This document shows positions 49,420 to 62,449 of a stretch of DNA of 62,449 bases, one piece after another. The translations under genes were made by a program, and so were the position numbers. The stretch is from Alphaproteobacteria bacterium (GTDB lineage Bacteria > Pseudomonadota > Alphaproteobacteria > HIMB59), in contig JBJKYU010000068.1 of assembly GCA_045560885.1 (NCBI GenBank), positions 1 to 62,449 on the forward strand, read 5' to 3'. The notes under the pieces are model-generated. The model saw nothing but the letters and a program-made list of their open reading frames with translations. It searched no databases and was not told the DNA's origin. Every line of letters starts with the position of its first letter. The stretch's first letter is position 1.

Positions 49420-52183
49420 TGACAGATAAAATAAAATTTTCTATTGATGGTAAAGAATATTTAGCTGAACCATCTGAATCAATTTGGGATGTTGCCAAAA
49501 AAAAACAATATAGATATTCCCCACTTATGCTATTCACCTGAGCCAGGCTACAGAGCTGACGGTAATTGTCGAGCTTGCATGGTCGAAATTAAAGGTGAAA
49601 GAACTTTAGCAGCATCATGTATTAGAAAACCAACTGAAGGCATGGAAGTTACAGTTAATTCTTCGAGGGCAGAAAAATCTCGATCTATGGTTTTTGAATT
49701 ATTAGTGTCGGACCAACCTTCTAAAGAACAATCTCCTGATCCTGACTCTAAATTTTGGAACTGGTCAGAAAAAATGGGCGTTAGTACCAGTAGATTTCCT
49801 GGAAAAGAAAAAATTAATATAGATAGATCTCATAAAGCTATGAGCGTAAATTTAGATGCATGCATCAATTGTAACTTGTGTGTTCGTGCATGTAGAGAAG
49901 TTCAAGTAAATGATGTAATCGGTATGGCTTATCGAGGTTCAACCGCAAAAGTTATCTTTGATTTAGATGATCCTATGGGAGAAAGTACTTGTGTAGCTTG
50001 TGGCGAATGTGTGCAAGCTTGTCCAACAGGAGCATTAATGGAATCCTCTTTAGTTAATGAAGAGGGTGCTCGTGTTAATTACGCTGATAGAACAGTTGAT
50101 AGCGTCTGCCCATATTGTGGGGTTGGATGTCAAACCCAAGTCCACGTAAAAGATGATAAAATATTATATGTTGATGGAAAAGATGGACCGGCTAATGAAA
50201 ATAGACTTTGTGTAAAAGGTCGTTTTGGATTTGATTACATCAACCATGAAGGTAGGTTGACCAAGCCTCTTATTAGAAAAGCCGGAGTTCCAAAAGATCC
50301 AAATTTTCAATTTAAAGACTCTGAAATATCTGACTATTTTGAAGAAACTAGTTGGGAAAATGCTCTTGATGAAGCAGCTAAAGGTTTATCTAAGTCAAAA
50401 GAAGATCATGGTCCTAAAAGTTTAGCAGGTTTTGGCTCAGCTAAATGTTCAAACGAAGAAGCCTATCTATTTCAAAAACTTGTTCGTGTAGGCTTTGGCT
50501 CTAATAATGTTGACCACTGTACAAGATTATGCCACGCATCTTCAGTTGCTGCATTAATGGAATGTGTAAATTCTGGTGCAGTATCCGCCCCTTTTATGGC
50601 AGCTACTGATGCAGATTGTATTATTGTAATTGGTGCAAGACCTACAGAAAATCATCCTGTTGCTGCAACTTATTTAAAAAGAGCAACAAAGCGAGGATCA
50701 AAATTAATTGTCATGGATCCAAGAAAACAAGGTTTAAGTAAATTTGCTACTCATAATTTACAATTCAAAGCCGGTACTGACGTAGCGATGCTCAATGCTT
50801 TACTTTACACAATTATTGATGAGAAATTATATGACCAACAATACATTCAAGGTCAAACTGAAGGTTTTGAGAAGCTTCAAGAAGAAATAAAAGACTTCTC
50901 TCCTGAAAAAATGGAGTCTATTTGTGGTATATCTGCTGATGAATTGCGAGAGGTTGCTAGATTATATGCCACTTCTGAAAAATCTATTATTTTTTGGGGT
51001 ATGGGAGTTTCGCAACACGTCCATGGCACAGATAATGCAAGATGTTTAATCGCACTTGCTCTCACCACTGGTCAAATTGGAAGAAATGGAACTGGTCTTC
51101 ATCCTTTAAGGGGTCAAAATAATGTTCAAGGTGCCTCTGATGCTGGTTTGATTCCTATGGTTTTTCCTGATTATCAATCGGTTGAAAATCAAGATATTCA
51201 CTCCAAGTATGAAAACTTTTGGAAAGTAGAATTGGATAACAAAAAAGGCTTAACAGTTGTTGAGATTATAAACAAAATATTAGAGGACGAAATAAAGTCT
51301 ATGTACATCATGGGAGAAAATCCTGCGATGTCTGATCCTGACCAAAACCATGCAAGAGAGGCGCTCGCAAAACTTGATCACTTGGTGGTCCAAGATATTT
51401 TTATGACCGAAACAGCTTGGCATGCTGATGTAATTTTACCATCCTCTGCGCACGCTGAAAAAACAGGAACATTTACCAATACAAATCGTCAAGTTCAATT
51501 GGGACGTCAAGCTGTCCCACCCCCAGGAGATGCCAGACAAGATTGGTGGATTACTCAAGCAATTGCCCAGAGAGTGGGGCTGGACTGGAGTTACTTACAT
51601 CCAAGAGATGTGTTTGATGAAATGGCTCAAGTTATGCCTTCTTTAAAAAATATTACATATGAGCGTTTAGAAAATGAAAGTTCAGTTACCTATCCCTGTG
51701 ATGATCCTAACAAACCAGGTAATGAAATTATTTTTAATGAGAAATTCCCAACTGCAAACGGAAGAGGGTAAGATTGTTCCTGCAAGACTTATTCCACCCG
51801 CAGAATTACCCGATGATGATTTTCCCATGATACTTACAACTGGTCGTTTACTTGAACATTGGCATACAGGATCAATGACAAGAAGAGCAACGGTTTTAGA
51901 TCATATTGAGCCAGAAGCTATTGTAAGTATGAATAGATGGGATATGAAAAGAATGAATATAGAACCAGGTGACCAAGTTAAAGTAAAAACAAAACGTGGT
52001 ACTATTGTAATAAAAGTAAGAAGAGACAAAGAAATACCTGAAGGCATGGTCTTTATTCCTTTCTGTTTCGCTGAAGCTGCTGCTAATGTATTGACTAATC
52101 CTCAGTTAGATCCTTATGGAAAAATTCCTGAGTTTAAGTTTAGCGCAGCTAATGTAGAAAGATTAAATACTTCTTTTAGCTAA
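49419..52183 (+). CDS. Formate dehydrogenase alpha subunit (Mo/W-bis-MGD, Cys ligand), interrupted by two +1 frameshifts
   Basis: ATG at 49419 gives MTDKIKFSIDGKEY...WDVAKK. [2Fe-2S] ligands, two ferredoxin motifs, CPYCGVGC, active-site CTRLCH, LRGQNNVQG, LTTGRLLEHWHTG, IPEFK. Removing one A (49497-49505) and one G (51766-51768) gives 920 aa. Confidence 0.92.
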
Positions 52184-52715
52184 AAAGACTTAAAAAAAAA
52201 TTTAAAGACTCTGATATAGTTAATCCTAAGTTGTTTGATGTTATTAAAGTCAAAACTACTAATAAAATAAATAATAAAATGAGAAAGTGATAAAATTTAA
52301 AATTAGAGATATTTTGAAGACTTTGATTTTCTAAAACTACTATAGACTTGCTTTGTTGATCTGAATTATTATTTTCTATTTTATGAAATATTGATTGAGC
52401 TTCTTCTTCTAACTTTTCTTCTTTTTTTAAAACACCTTTTTGATTATTTTCTAAATTTTCAACAATTTGATTAATTTTCGTCTCTAAACTTTCAATTTTA
52501 TAATGAAGATTTTTAAAATCTAGATCATGATTATTATCTTTTTTTATTTCTTTAGATCTAGTTATGTTTTCCTTTTCAACTTTGGGAATAAATTCATCAT
52601 TTTGAAGTTGGTTTTTAATATCACTGAGAGCTTCTAGAATTCTTTTTGATTTGTCGTCATTAAGTCCATCTGAGTTATTTGTTCTTCGACCAAATTGATC
52701 AACTTCTGAGTTCAT
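52176..52715 (-). CDS. Hypothetical coiled-coil protein with C-terminal membrane anchor
   Basis: 179-aa ORF fills the gap; hydrophilic and heptad segments followed by FYHFLILLFILLVVLTLIT. Confidence 0.7.
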   Translation of the reverse strand: MNSEVDQFGRRTNNSDGLNDDKSKRILEALSDIKNQLQNDEFIPKVEKENITRSKEIKKDNNHDLDFKNLHYKIESLETKINQIVENLENNQKGVLKKEEKLEEEAQSIFHKIENNNSDQQSKSIVVLENQSLQNISNFKFYHFLILLFILLVVLTLITSNNLGLTISESLNFFLSLFS

Positions 52716-52755
52716 ACAAGTAATTTAATGAATGTAAATTAATAATCAATGAAAG

Positions 52756-52831
<76 letters not shown>

Positions 52832-52876
52832 ATTTTGTAACTATTTATACTAATATCCCCAAGAAACAATAATTAA

Positions 52877-53602
52877 TTACAATAAGTTAACCTTATAATG
52901 GTATAAAGTCATTGCAAGAGAGTTAGCTGCATTATAACTATCAATTCCGCTTACTTCTTCTTGAGGTAGTGAGATAATAAAATCGCTATTATTTAAAATG
53001 TTCTTTCTAATTCCTTTTCCTTCATTTCCCAAAATGATAATCGTTTTTTTATCAAATCTAAAATCTTTAGTTATTAATTTGCCTTTCATATCTAGGGCAT
53101 AAGTCCAATATCCATTTTTTTTTAATTCTTCAAGAGATCTATTCAAATTCTTAGATATATGAAATTTTAAAATTTCTATCGCTCCAGCAGAGGTATTTGC
53201 AGTTGATGAGGTTATTGGAGCGGATGAGTGATCAGGAATAATAATTCCATTTACGCCTGCCAAAAGACATGTCCTTATAATATTTCCAAGATTATTTTGA
53301 TCAGTTAATTGATCAAGAGCTACAATTATTGAATTTTCTTTATTTAGACTACATATATCCTGCAAAGAGGATGGGTTATAATCATCACGTCTTATTATTA
53401 TATCATTTGACTGTCTGAGATTATCCTTATCAATTTTTTGAAGCTCTTTTTTATCAATAAATCGAATATTTTTAATAGTATTATTTTTTTCAATAATCTT
53501 CATATATTCAGCTTTTTTATCTTTATTTATTAATACCTCTTTTACTTTTGAGGGATTGTGTATAAGACAAGCTAAACAAGCATTATCGCCAGAAATAATC
53601 AT
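52877..53602 (-). CDS. rlmB: 23S rRNA Gm2251 methyltransferase (SpoU/TrmH family)
   Basis: LDQLTDQNNLGNIIRT, SAGA, ILGNEGKGIR, DSYNAA; conserved position divergent from tRNA-Tyr. Confidence 0.88.
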   Translation of the reverse strand: MIISGDNACLACLIHNPSKVKEVLINKDKKAEYMKIIEKNNTIKNIRFIDKKELQKIDKDNLRQSNDIIIRRDDYNPSSLQDICSLNKENSIIVALDQLTDQNNLGNIIRTCLLAGVNGIIIPDHSSAPITSSTANTSAGAIEILKFHISKNLNRSLEELKKNGYWTYALDMKGKLITKDFRFDKKTIIILGNEGKGIRKNILNNSDFIISLPQEEVSGIDSYNAANSLAMTLYHYKVNLL

Positions 53603-53636
53603 ATTTACAAATTACATTTAAACTTTAGGAAGTCTA

Positions 53637-53664
53637 TTGACTTTCAAAGACAATTATCTATTAA
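53637..53664 (+). promoter_or_regulatory. Candidate promoter for tRNA-Tyr
   Basis: TTGACT-N16-TATTAA about 22 nt upstream of the tRNA. Confidence 0.5.
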
Positions 53665-53686
53665 TCAAGTCCTGTTTTTACACTCA

Positions 53687-53772
53687 GGAGGGATGGCCGA
53701 GTGGTTAAAGGCGGCAGACTGTAAATCTGTTCACGCAAGTGTACGTAGGTTCGAATCCTACTCCCTCCACCA
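53687..53772 (+). tRNA. tRNA-Tyr (GTA)
   Basis: GGAGGGA/TCCCTCC acceptor stem, CTGTAAA loop, long variable arm, encoded CCA. Confidence 0.97.
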
Positions 53773-53791
53773 CTTTTTTTCACATTAGCTA

Positions 53792-53819
53792 TTGAATTTT
53801 AAAGAAAAATAAGTAGTTT
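53792..53819 (+). promoter_or_regulatory. Candidate promoter for tRNA-Gly-tuf
   Basis: TTGAAT-N16-TAGTTT; shares the CTATTGA -35 context with the tRNA-Tyr promoter candidate. Confidence 0.45.
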
Positions 53820-53877
53820 ATCGGAACTCACAAGGATTTGTTTTTGTGGTTGTTTTGAAGTGGTTACCCGCTTATTC

Positions 53878-53951
53878 GCGGGTGTAGCTTAATGGTAAAG
53901 CTCCAGCCTTCCAAGCTGGCTACGAGGGTTCGATTCCCTTCACCCGCTCCA
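53878..53951 (+). tRNA. tRNA-Gly (TCC)
   Basis: GCGGGTG/CACCCGC acceptor stem, CTTCCAA around the anticodon, T discriminator plus CCA. Confidence 0.97.
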
Positions 53952-54002
53952 AGAACAAAAAAAAATTAAGTAATAGATATTATAAAGAGGTAACAACTTA
54001 AA

Positions 54003-55193
54003 ATGGCTAAAGAAAAATTTGACAGATCGTTAGAACACGTCAACATTGGAACTATCGGTCACGTCGACCATGGTAAAACTACACTTACTGCTGCAATCAC
54101 AAAAGTATTAGCAGAAAAAGGTGGCGCAACATTTACTGCATATGATGAAATTGATAAAGCTCCTGAAGAAAAAGAGAGAGGTATTACAATTTCTACCGCA
54201 CACGTAGAATACTCAACTGAGAAAAGACACTACGCACACGTTGACTGTCCTGGTCACGCAGACTATGTAAAAAATATGATTACTGGTGCTGCTCAAATGG
54301 ATGGTGGAATTTTAGTTGTTAACGCAGCAGATGGTCCAATGCCACAAACTCGTGAACATATTCTATTAGCAAGACAAGTTGGTGTTCCTGCTCTTGTTGT
54401 ATACATGAACAAAGTTGATCAAGTTGATGATGCTGAACTTTTAGATTTAGTTGAAATGGAAATCAGGGAATTATTATCTAGTTATGATTTTCCTGGAGAT
54501 GACATTCCAATCGTAAAAGGTTCTGCATTAGCGGCTGTTGAAGATAGAGATGAAGCTATTGGAAAAAATTCAATCTTAGAATTAATGGAAAAAGTAGATG
54601 CTTATATTCCTGCTCCTGCCAGAGATTTAGATAAACCTTTCTTAATGCCGGTTGAAGATGTTTTCTCAATTTCAGGTAGAGGAACTGTTGTTACTGGTCG
54701 TATCGAACAAGGTGTTATCAAACCTGGTGAAGAAGTTGAAATCATTGGTTTAACAGATACTCAAAAAACTACTGTTACTGGTGTTGAGATGTTTAGAAAA
54801 CTTTTAGACTCTGGTGAAGCTGGCGATAACGTTGGTCTTCTTCTTCGTGGTACTAAAAAAGAAGAAGTTGAACGTGGTCAAGTTCTAGCGAAGCCTGCAA
54901 GTATTAAGCCGCACAAGAAATTTAAAGCTGAAATCTATGCATTAAGTAAAGAAGAAGGTGGAAGACACACCCCATTCTTTGCTAACTATAGACCACAGTT
55001 CTATTTCAGAACAACTGACGTTACCGGTTCTATCAAACTTCCTGAAGGAACAGAGATGGTTATGCCTGGTGATAACGTTACTCTTGAAGTTGAACTACTA
55101 GCTCCTATTGCGATGGACAACAACTTACGTTTTGCTATTCGTGAAGGTGGCAGAACTGTAGGATCAGGAGTTGTATCAGAGATTATTGAATAA
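54003..55193 (+). CDS. tuf: Elongation factor Tu
   Basis: [33 protein letters not shown]. Confidence 0.99.
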   Translation: MAKEKFDRSLEHVNIGTIGHVDHGKTTLTAAITKVLAEKGGATFTAYDEIDKAPEEKERGITISTAHVEYSTEKRHYAHVDCPGHADYVKNMITGAAQMDGGILVVNAADGPMPQTREHILLARQVGVPALVVYMNKVDQVDDAELLDLVEMEIRELLSSYDFPGDDIPIVKGSALAAVEDRDEAIGKNSILELMEKVDAYIPAPARDLDKPFLMPVEDVFSISGRGTVVTGRIEQGVIKPGEEVEIIGLTDTQKTTVTGVEMFRKLLDSGEAGDNVGLLLRGTKKEEVERGQVLAKPASIKPHKKFKAEIYALSKEEGGRHTPFFANYRPQFYFRTTDVTGSIKLPEGTEMVMPGDNVTLEVELLAPIAMDNNLRFAIREGGRTVGSGVVSEIIE

Positions 55194-55223
55194 TTAATTT
55201 CTCTGCAGCATTATTAATTATGA

Positions 55224-55299
55224 AGGAGTGTAGCTCAATTGGTAGAGCGCCGGTCTCCAAAACCGGAGGTTGCGGGTTCGATGCCTGCCACTCCTGCCA
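55224..55299 (+). tRNA. tRNA-Trp (CCA)
   Basis: AGGAGTG/CACTCCT acceptor stem, CTCCAAA loop, G discriminator plus CCA; tuf-trpT-secE synteny. Confidence 0.97.
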
Positions 55300-55308
55300 G
55301 TTTTAATC

Positions 55309-55494
55309 ATGAAATTTAATCCAGCTAAGTATTTAAGAGAGGTTCGACAGGAGGTATCTAAAGTTACCTGGCCTTCTAAAAAAGAAACTTTTACTACTTC
55401 TGGAATAGTCTTGGTTGTAATTAGTATTGCTGCAGTCATTTTAATGCTTCTCGATCAGTTTTTCGCATTCATAGTTAGAATTATTTTAGGATAA
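55309..55494 (+). CDS. secE: Preprotein translocase subunit SecE
   Basis: YLREVRQEVSKVTWPS plus one TM. The true start is the ATG at 55309; the ORF-track start lies inside tRNA-Trp. Confidence 0.95.
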   Translation: MKFNPAKYLREVRQEVSKVTWPSKKETFTTSGIVLVVISIAAVILMLLDQFFAFIVRIILG

Positions 55495-55496
55495 TA

Positions 55497-56042
55497 ATGG
55501 TAGTTAGTTCAGATACATCAAAGTGGTATGTCGTTCATTGTCACTCTGGCTTTGAAAAAAAAGTAGCTGACGCTATCTTAGATGAGGCGAAGAAAGTAGA
55601 ACTCGAAGATTTAATTAGTGAAGTGTCAGTGCCAACTCAAGCTGTGGTTGAGGTAAGAAGAGGCGTAAGAGTAAACTCTGAAAAGAAATTTTTCCCTGGT
55701 TATGTTTTAGTTAAAATGGTCATGAATGATGATACTTGGCATTTAGTTAGAGATATTCCAAAAGTATCTAATTTCTTAGGAACTAAAGACAAGCCTATAG
55801 CTATATCTGAAAGAGAAGTTTCAAAGCTTTTACAAGATATTACTGAAGGGGTAGATAATCCAAAGCCTAAGTTTGAATACGAAGTTGGTGAGCAAATAAA
55901 GGTATCTGATGGTCCTTTTGCCTCATTTAGTGGCATTATAGAAGAGGTTGACAGTTCAAGACAAAAGCTTAAAGTGTCCGTCTCAATTTTTGGGAGACCT
56001 ACACCGTTAGAATTAGATTACTCGCAGGTAGTAAAAGGCTAG
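55497..56042 (+). CDS. nusG: Transcription termination/antitermination factor NusG
   Basis: WYVVHCHSGFEKKV, FPGYVLV, KOW motif DGPFASFSG, IFGRPTP. Confidence 0.99.
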   Translation: MVVSSDTSKWYVVHCHSGFEKKVADAILDEAKKVELEDLISEVSVPTQAVVEVRRGVRVNSEKKFFPGYVLVKMVMNDDTWHLVRDIPKVSNFLGTKDKPIAISEREVSKLLQDITEGVDNPKPKFEYEVGEQIKVSDGPFASFSGIIEEVDSSRQKLKVSVSIFGRPTPLELDYSQVVKG

Positions 56043-56048
56043 AAAACA

Positions 56049-56474
56049 ATGGCAAAAGAAATATTAGGATATATAAAACTTCAAATTCCTGCTGGTTCAG
56101 CGAATCCAGCTCCTCCTGTAGGTCCGGCCTTAGGTCAAAAGGGATTAAACATTCAAGATTTTTGTAAACAATTTAACGATGCAACTAAAGATTTAGAAAA
56201 AGGTGCACCGATACCTACAATCATTACTGCATATAAAGATAGATCTTTTGATTTTGTTACTAAAAAACCTCCGGTTACTTTTTATCTCAAAAAAGCCGCA
56301 AAGATTAAAAAAGGCTGTCAAACTCCCGGTCGATCTAAACTTGGAAAAGTTACGATGGCGCAAATAAATGAAATAGCAAAAGAAAAATTAGAAGACCTTA
56401 ATGCATATGATGTCGATCAAGCATCAAAGATTATACTCGGATCAGCTAGGTCAATGGGAATGGAAGTCGTTTAA
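56049..56474 (+). CDS. rplK: 50S ribosomal protein L11
   Basis: [26 protein letters not shown]. Confidence 0.99.
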   Translation: MAKEILGYIKLQIPAGSANPAPPVGPALGQKGLNIQDFCKQFNDATKDLEKGAPIPTIITAYKDRSFDFVTKKPPVTFYLKKAAKIKKGCQTPGRSKLGKVTMAQINEIAKEKLEDLNAYDVDQASKIILGSARSMGMEVV

Positions 56475-57148
56475 TGCTATTAACAAAGAATAAAAAGAAA
56501 CAAATTGAAGGTGTAGATTTCAACAAAACTTATCCTATTATTGAAGCGGTCAAAATTCTTAAAGAAAAAAAATTTGTAAAATTTGACGAGTCCATCGAAG
56601 TTTCAATTAATACTGGTATTGACTCAAAACAATCAGATCAAAACGTAAGAGGCAGTTTTGTTCCACCTCATGGTTTGGGAAAAAAAGTTGAAATAGCTGT
56701 CTTTGCACAAGGTAAAGCTGCTGAAGAAGCGAAATCACTAGGCGTAAAAAAGGTTGGTGGCGAAGATTTAGTCTCTGCATTGCAAGAAAAAATTGATGTC
56801 GACGTTATCATTGCTACACCAGACATGATGGCAGTTGTAAGTAAGATTGCAAAAGTTTTAGGTCCAAAAGGTTTAATGCCCAATCCTAAAACAGGAACTG
56901 TAACGAATGATGTAAAAGGCACAATTGATAACATAAACAAAGGTTTAGTTGCCTATAAAAATGATAAAGCAGGAACTATACATGCTGCACTTGGTAAAAT
57001 TAGTTTTGATGAAAATCACCTTAGTGAAAATATTAATTCTTTTGTTGAGGAAATTAAAAAAATTAAACCTTCGGGCGTCAAAGGTAACTTTATTAACTCA
57101 GTTTTTATTTCATCAACTATGGGTTTTGGCCTAAAGGTGGAGGTTTAA
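56474..57148 (+). CDS. rplA: 50S ribosomal protein L1
   Basis: KFDES, DQNVRG, LGPKGLMPNPKTGTV, SSTMG. Confidence 0.99.
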   Translation: MLLTKNKKKQIEGVDFNKTYPIIEAVKILKEKKFVKFDESIEVSINTGIDSKQSDQNVRGSFVPPHGLGKKVEIAVFAQGKAAEEAKSLGVKKVGGEDLVSALQEKIDVDVIIATPDMMAVVSKIAKVLGPKGLMPNPKTGTVTNDVKGTIDNINKGLVAYKNDKAGTIHAALGKISFDENHLSENINSFVEEIKKIKPSGVKGNFINSVFISSTMGFGLKVEV

Positions 57149-57152
57149 GAAA

Positions 57153-57659
57153 TTGAATAAAGCTCAAAAACAACAATATATTGAAAATTTAGACCAAATG
57201 TCTAAAGACTACTCAGCAATGTTTATTGCTTCATTTTCTAATATGTCTGTTAAAGAAATGATTCAATTTAGAACAGAAATTAGAAACAATGAAGGCGTTA
57301 CAAAAATTTCAAAAAATAATATTGTAAAAATCTTTATTGATAGATCAGAAGACAAAAAAGGATTAAATGATTTTTTATCTCAACAAAAACTTCTAATTTT
57401 TACAAACAATCCTGTAGGTACCGCAAAAGTTTGTAAAAAATTTGAAAAAGATTTAAAAAAGCTATCTGCAGAGGCAGCTTTTTTCGATAACACACTATAT
57501 ACAAAAGACGATATAGCTAAGGTTGCAACTTTACCTTCTCTAGATGAAATCAGAGGAAAAATAGTTGGGTTGATTAATGCTCCAGCATCGAAACTTGTAA
57601 GATTATTACAGAGACCTGATCAAGACATTATTTCAATACTACAAAACAAAAAAGACTAA
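57153..57659 (+). CDS. rplJ: 50S ribosomal protein L10 (TTG start)
   Basis: KNN, ATLPSLDEIRGKIVGLINAPA; position between rplA and rplL; SD GGAGG upstream. Confidence 0.95.
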   Translation: MNKAQKQQYIENLDQMSKDYSAMFIASFSNMSVKEMIQFRTEIRNNEGVTKISKNNIVKIFIDRSEDKKGLNDFLSQQKLLIFTNNPVGTAKVCKKFEKDLKKLSAEAAFFDNTLYTKDDIAKVATLPSLDEIRGKIVGLINAPASKLVRLLQRPDQDIISILQNKKD

Positions 57660-57676
57660 CTTAGGGAGAGACACAA

Positions 57677-58051
57677 ATGGCAGACTTAAATAAAATCGTT
57701 GATGAATTATCAACTCTAACAGTTATGGAAGCAGCAGAACTTTCAAAACTTTTAGAAGAAAAATGGGGAGTTTCAGCAGCAGCTCCAGTTGCAGTTGCCG
57801 CAGCCGGCGCAGCGCCAGCAGCAGAGGCAGCTGAAGAAAAAGATAGCTTTGATGTAGTTTTAGCAGCATCTGGCGACCAAAAAATTAATGTAATTAAAGA
57901 AGTAAGAGCAATCACTGGTCTTGGTTTAAAAGAAGCTAAAGATATGGTTGATGGCGCTCCAAAAACTTTAAAAGAGGGAGTTAAGAAAGAAGAGGCTGAA
58001 GAGATGAAGACTAAGCTCGAAGCCGCTGGTGCAAAAGTAGAACTTAAATAA
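57677..58051 (+). CDS. rplL: 50S ribosomal protein L7/L12
   Basis: [31 protein letters not shown]. Confidence 0.99.
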   Translation: MADLNKIVDELSTLTVMEAAELSKLLEEKWGVSAAAPVAVAAAGAAPAAEAAEEKDSFDVVLAASGDQKINVIKEVRAITGLGLKEAKDMVDGAPKTLKEGVKKEEAEEMKTKLEAAGAKVELK

Positions 58052-58080
58052 TTATTTATTAATTACAGGTTCTACAAATT

Positions 58081-62449
<4,369 letters not shown>

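Noticed and set aside
50510-50540. Selenocysteine recoding in the FDH active site
   Set aside because: The metal ligand codon is TGC (Cys) in CTRLCH; there is no in-frame TGA.
11476-52183. Calling rpoD, ligA and fdh alpha pseudogenes
   Set aside because: Each break is a single base in a homopolymer with fully conserved sequence on both sides, and rpoD and ligA are essential. The pattern fits assembly indel errors.
55191-55220. Inverted repeat TAATTAAT...ATTAATTA after tuf as a terminator
   Set aside because: The stem is all A/T with a long loop and no U-tract; it is too weak and expected by chance in this composition.
55218-55439. 73-aa minus-strand ORF and the extended secE start at 55270
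   Set aside because: Both overlap tRNA-Trp; the real secE start is 55309.
57770-57835. GCA-rich low-complexity repeat
   Set aside because: It encodes the ordinary Ala-rich hinge of L7/L12.

Overview
This is a very AT-rich, gene-dense chromosomal segment of a streamlined alphaproteobacterium. Gene order and protein signatures resemble marine HIMB59/AEGEAN-169- or SAR11-like genomes, which is an inference. Almost all of it is housekeeping: trxB-greA-carAB, dnaG-rpoD, mlaAC, uvrD, ligA-recN-bamD, rnpB, a truncated dcw cluster (mraZ to ftsW), xseB-dxs, aroC-fabI-pdxH, pyrE, five tRNAs and tuf-secE-nusG-rplKAJL-rpoB-rpoC'. The one specialised block is a two-subunit NAD-linked formate dehydrogenase with its cofactor-maturation genes and a LysR regulator. 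I saw no CRISPR array, integrase, transposase, prophage or defence system. Two small genes missing from the ORF track were found by reading the sequence: a Zn-free L36 and a DUF2256 protein. Four single-base homopolymer frameshifts break rpoD, ligA and fdhA (twice) and are most likely sequencing errors. I found no clearly novel system. The best leads are the FDH1-like formate module with a candidate LysR operator, a 25-aa RpoB insert with phylogenetic value, the split dcw cluster, an ELM1 plus 2OG-oxygenase pair, and pervasive leaderless-promoter and terminator-less gene architecture.
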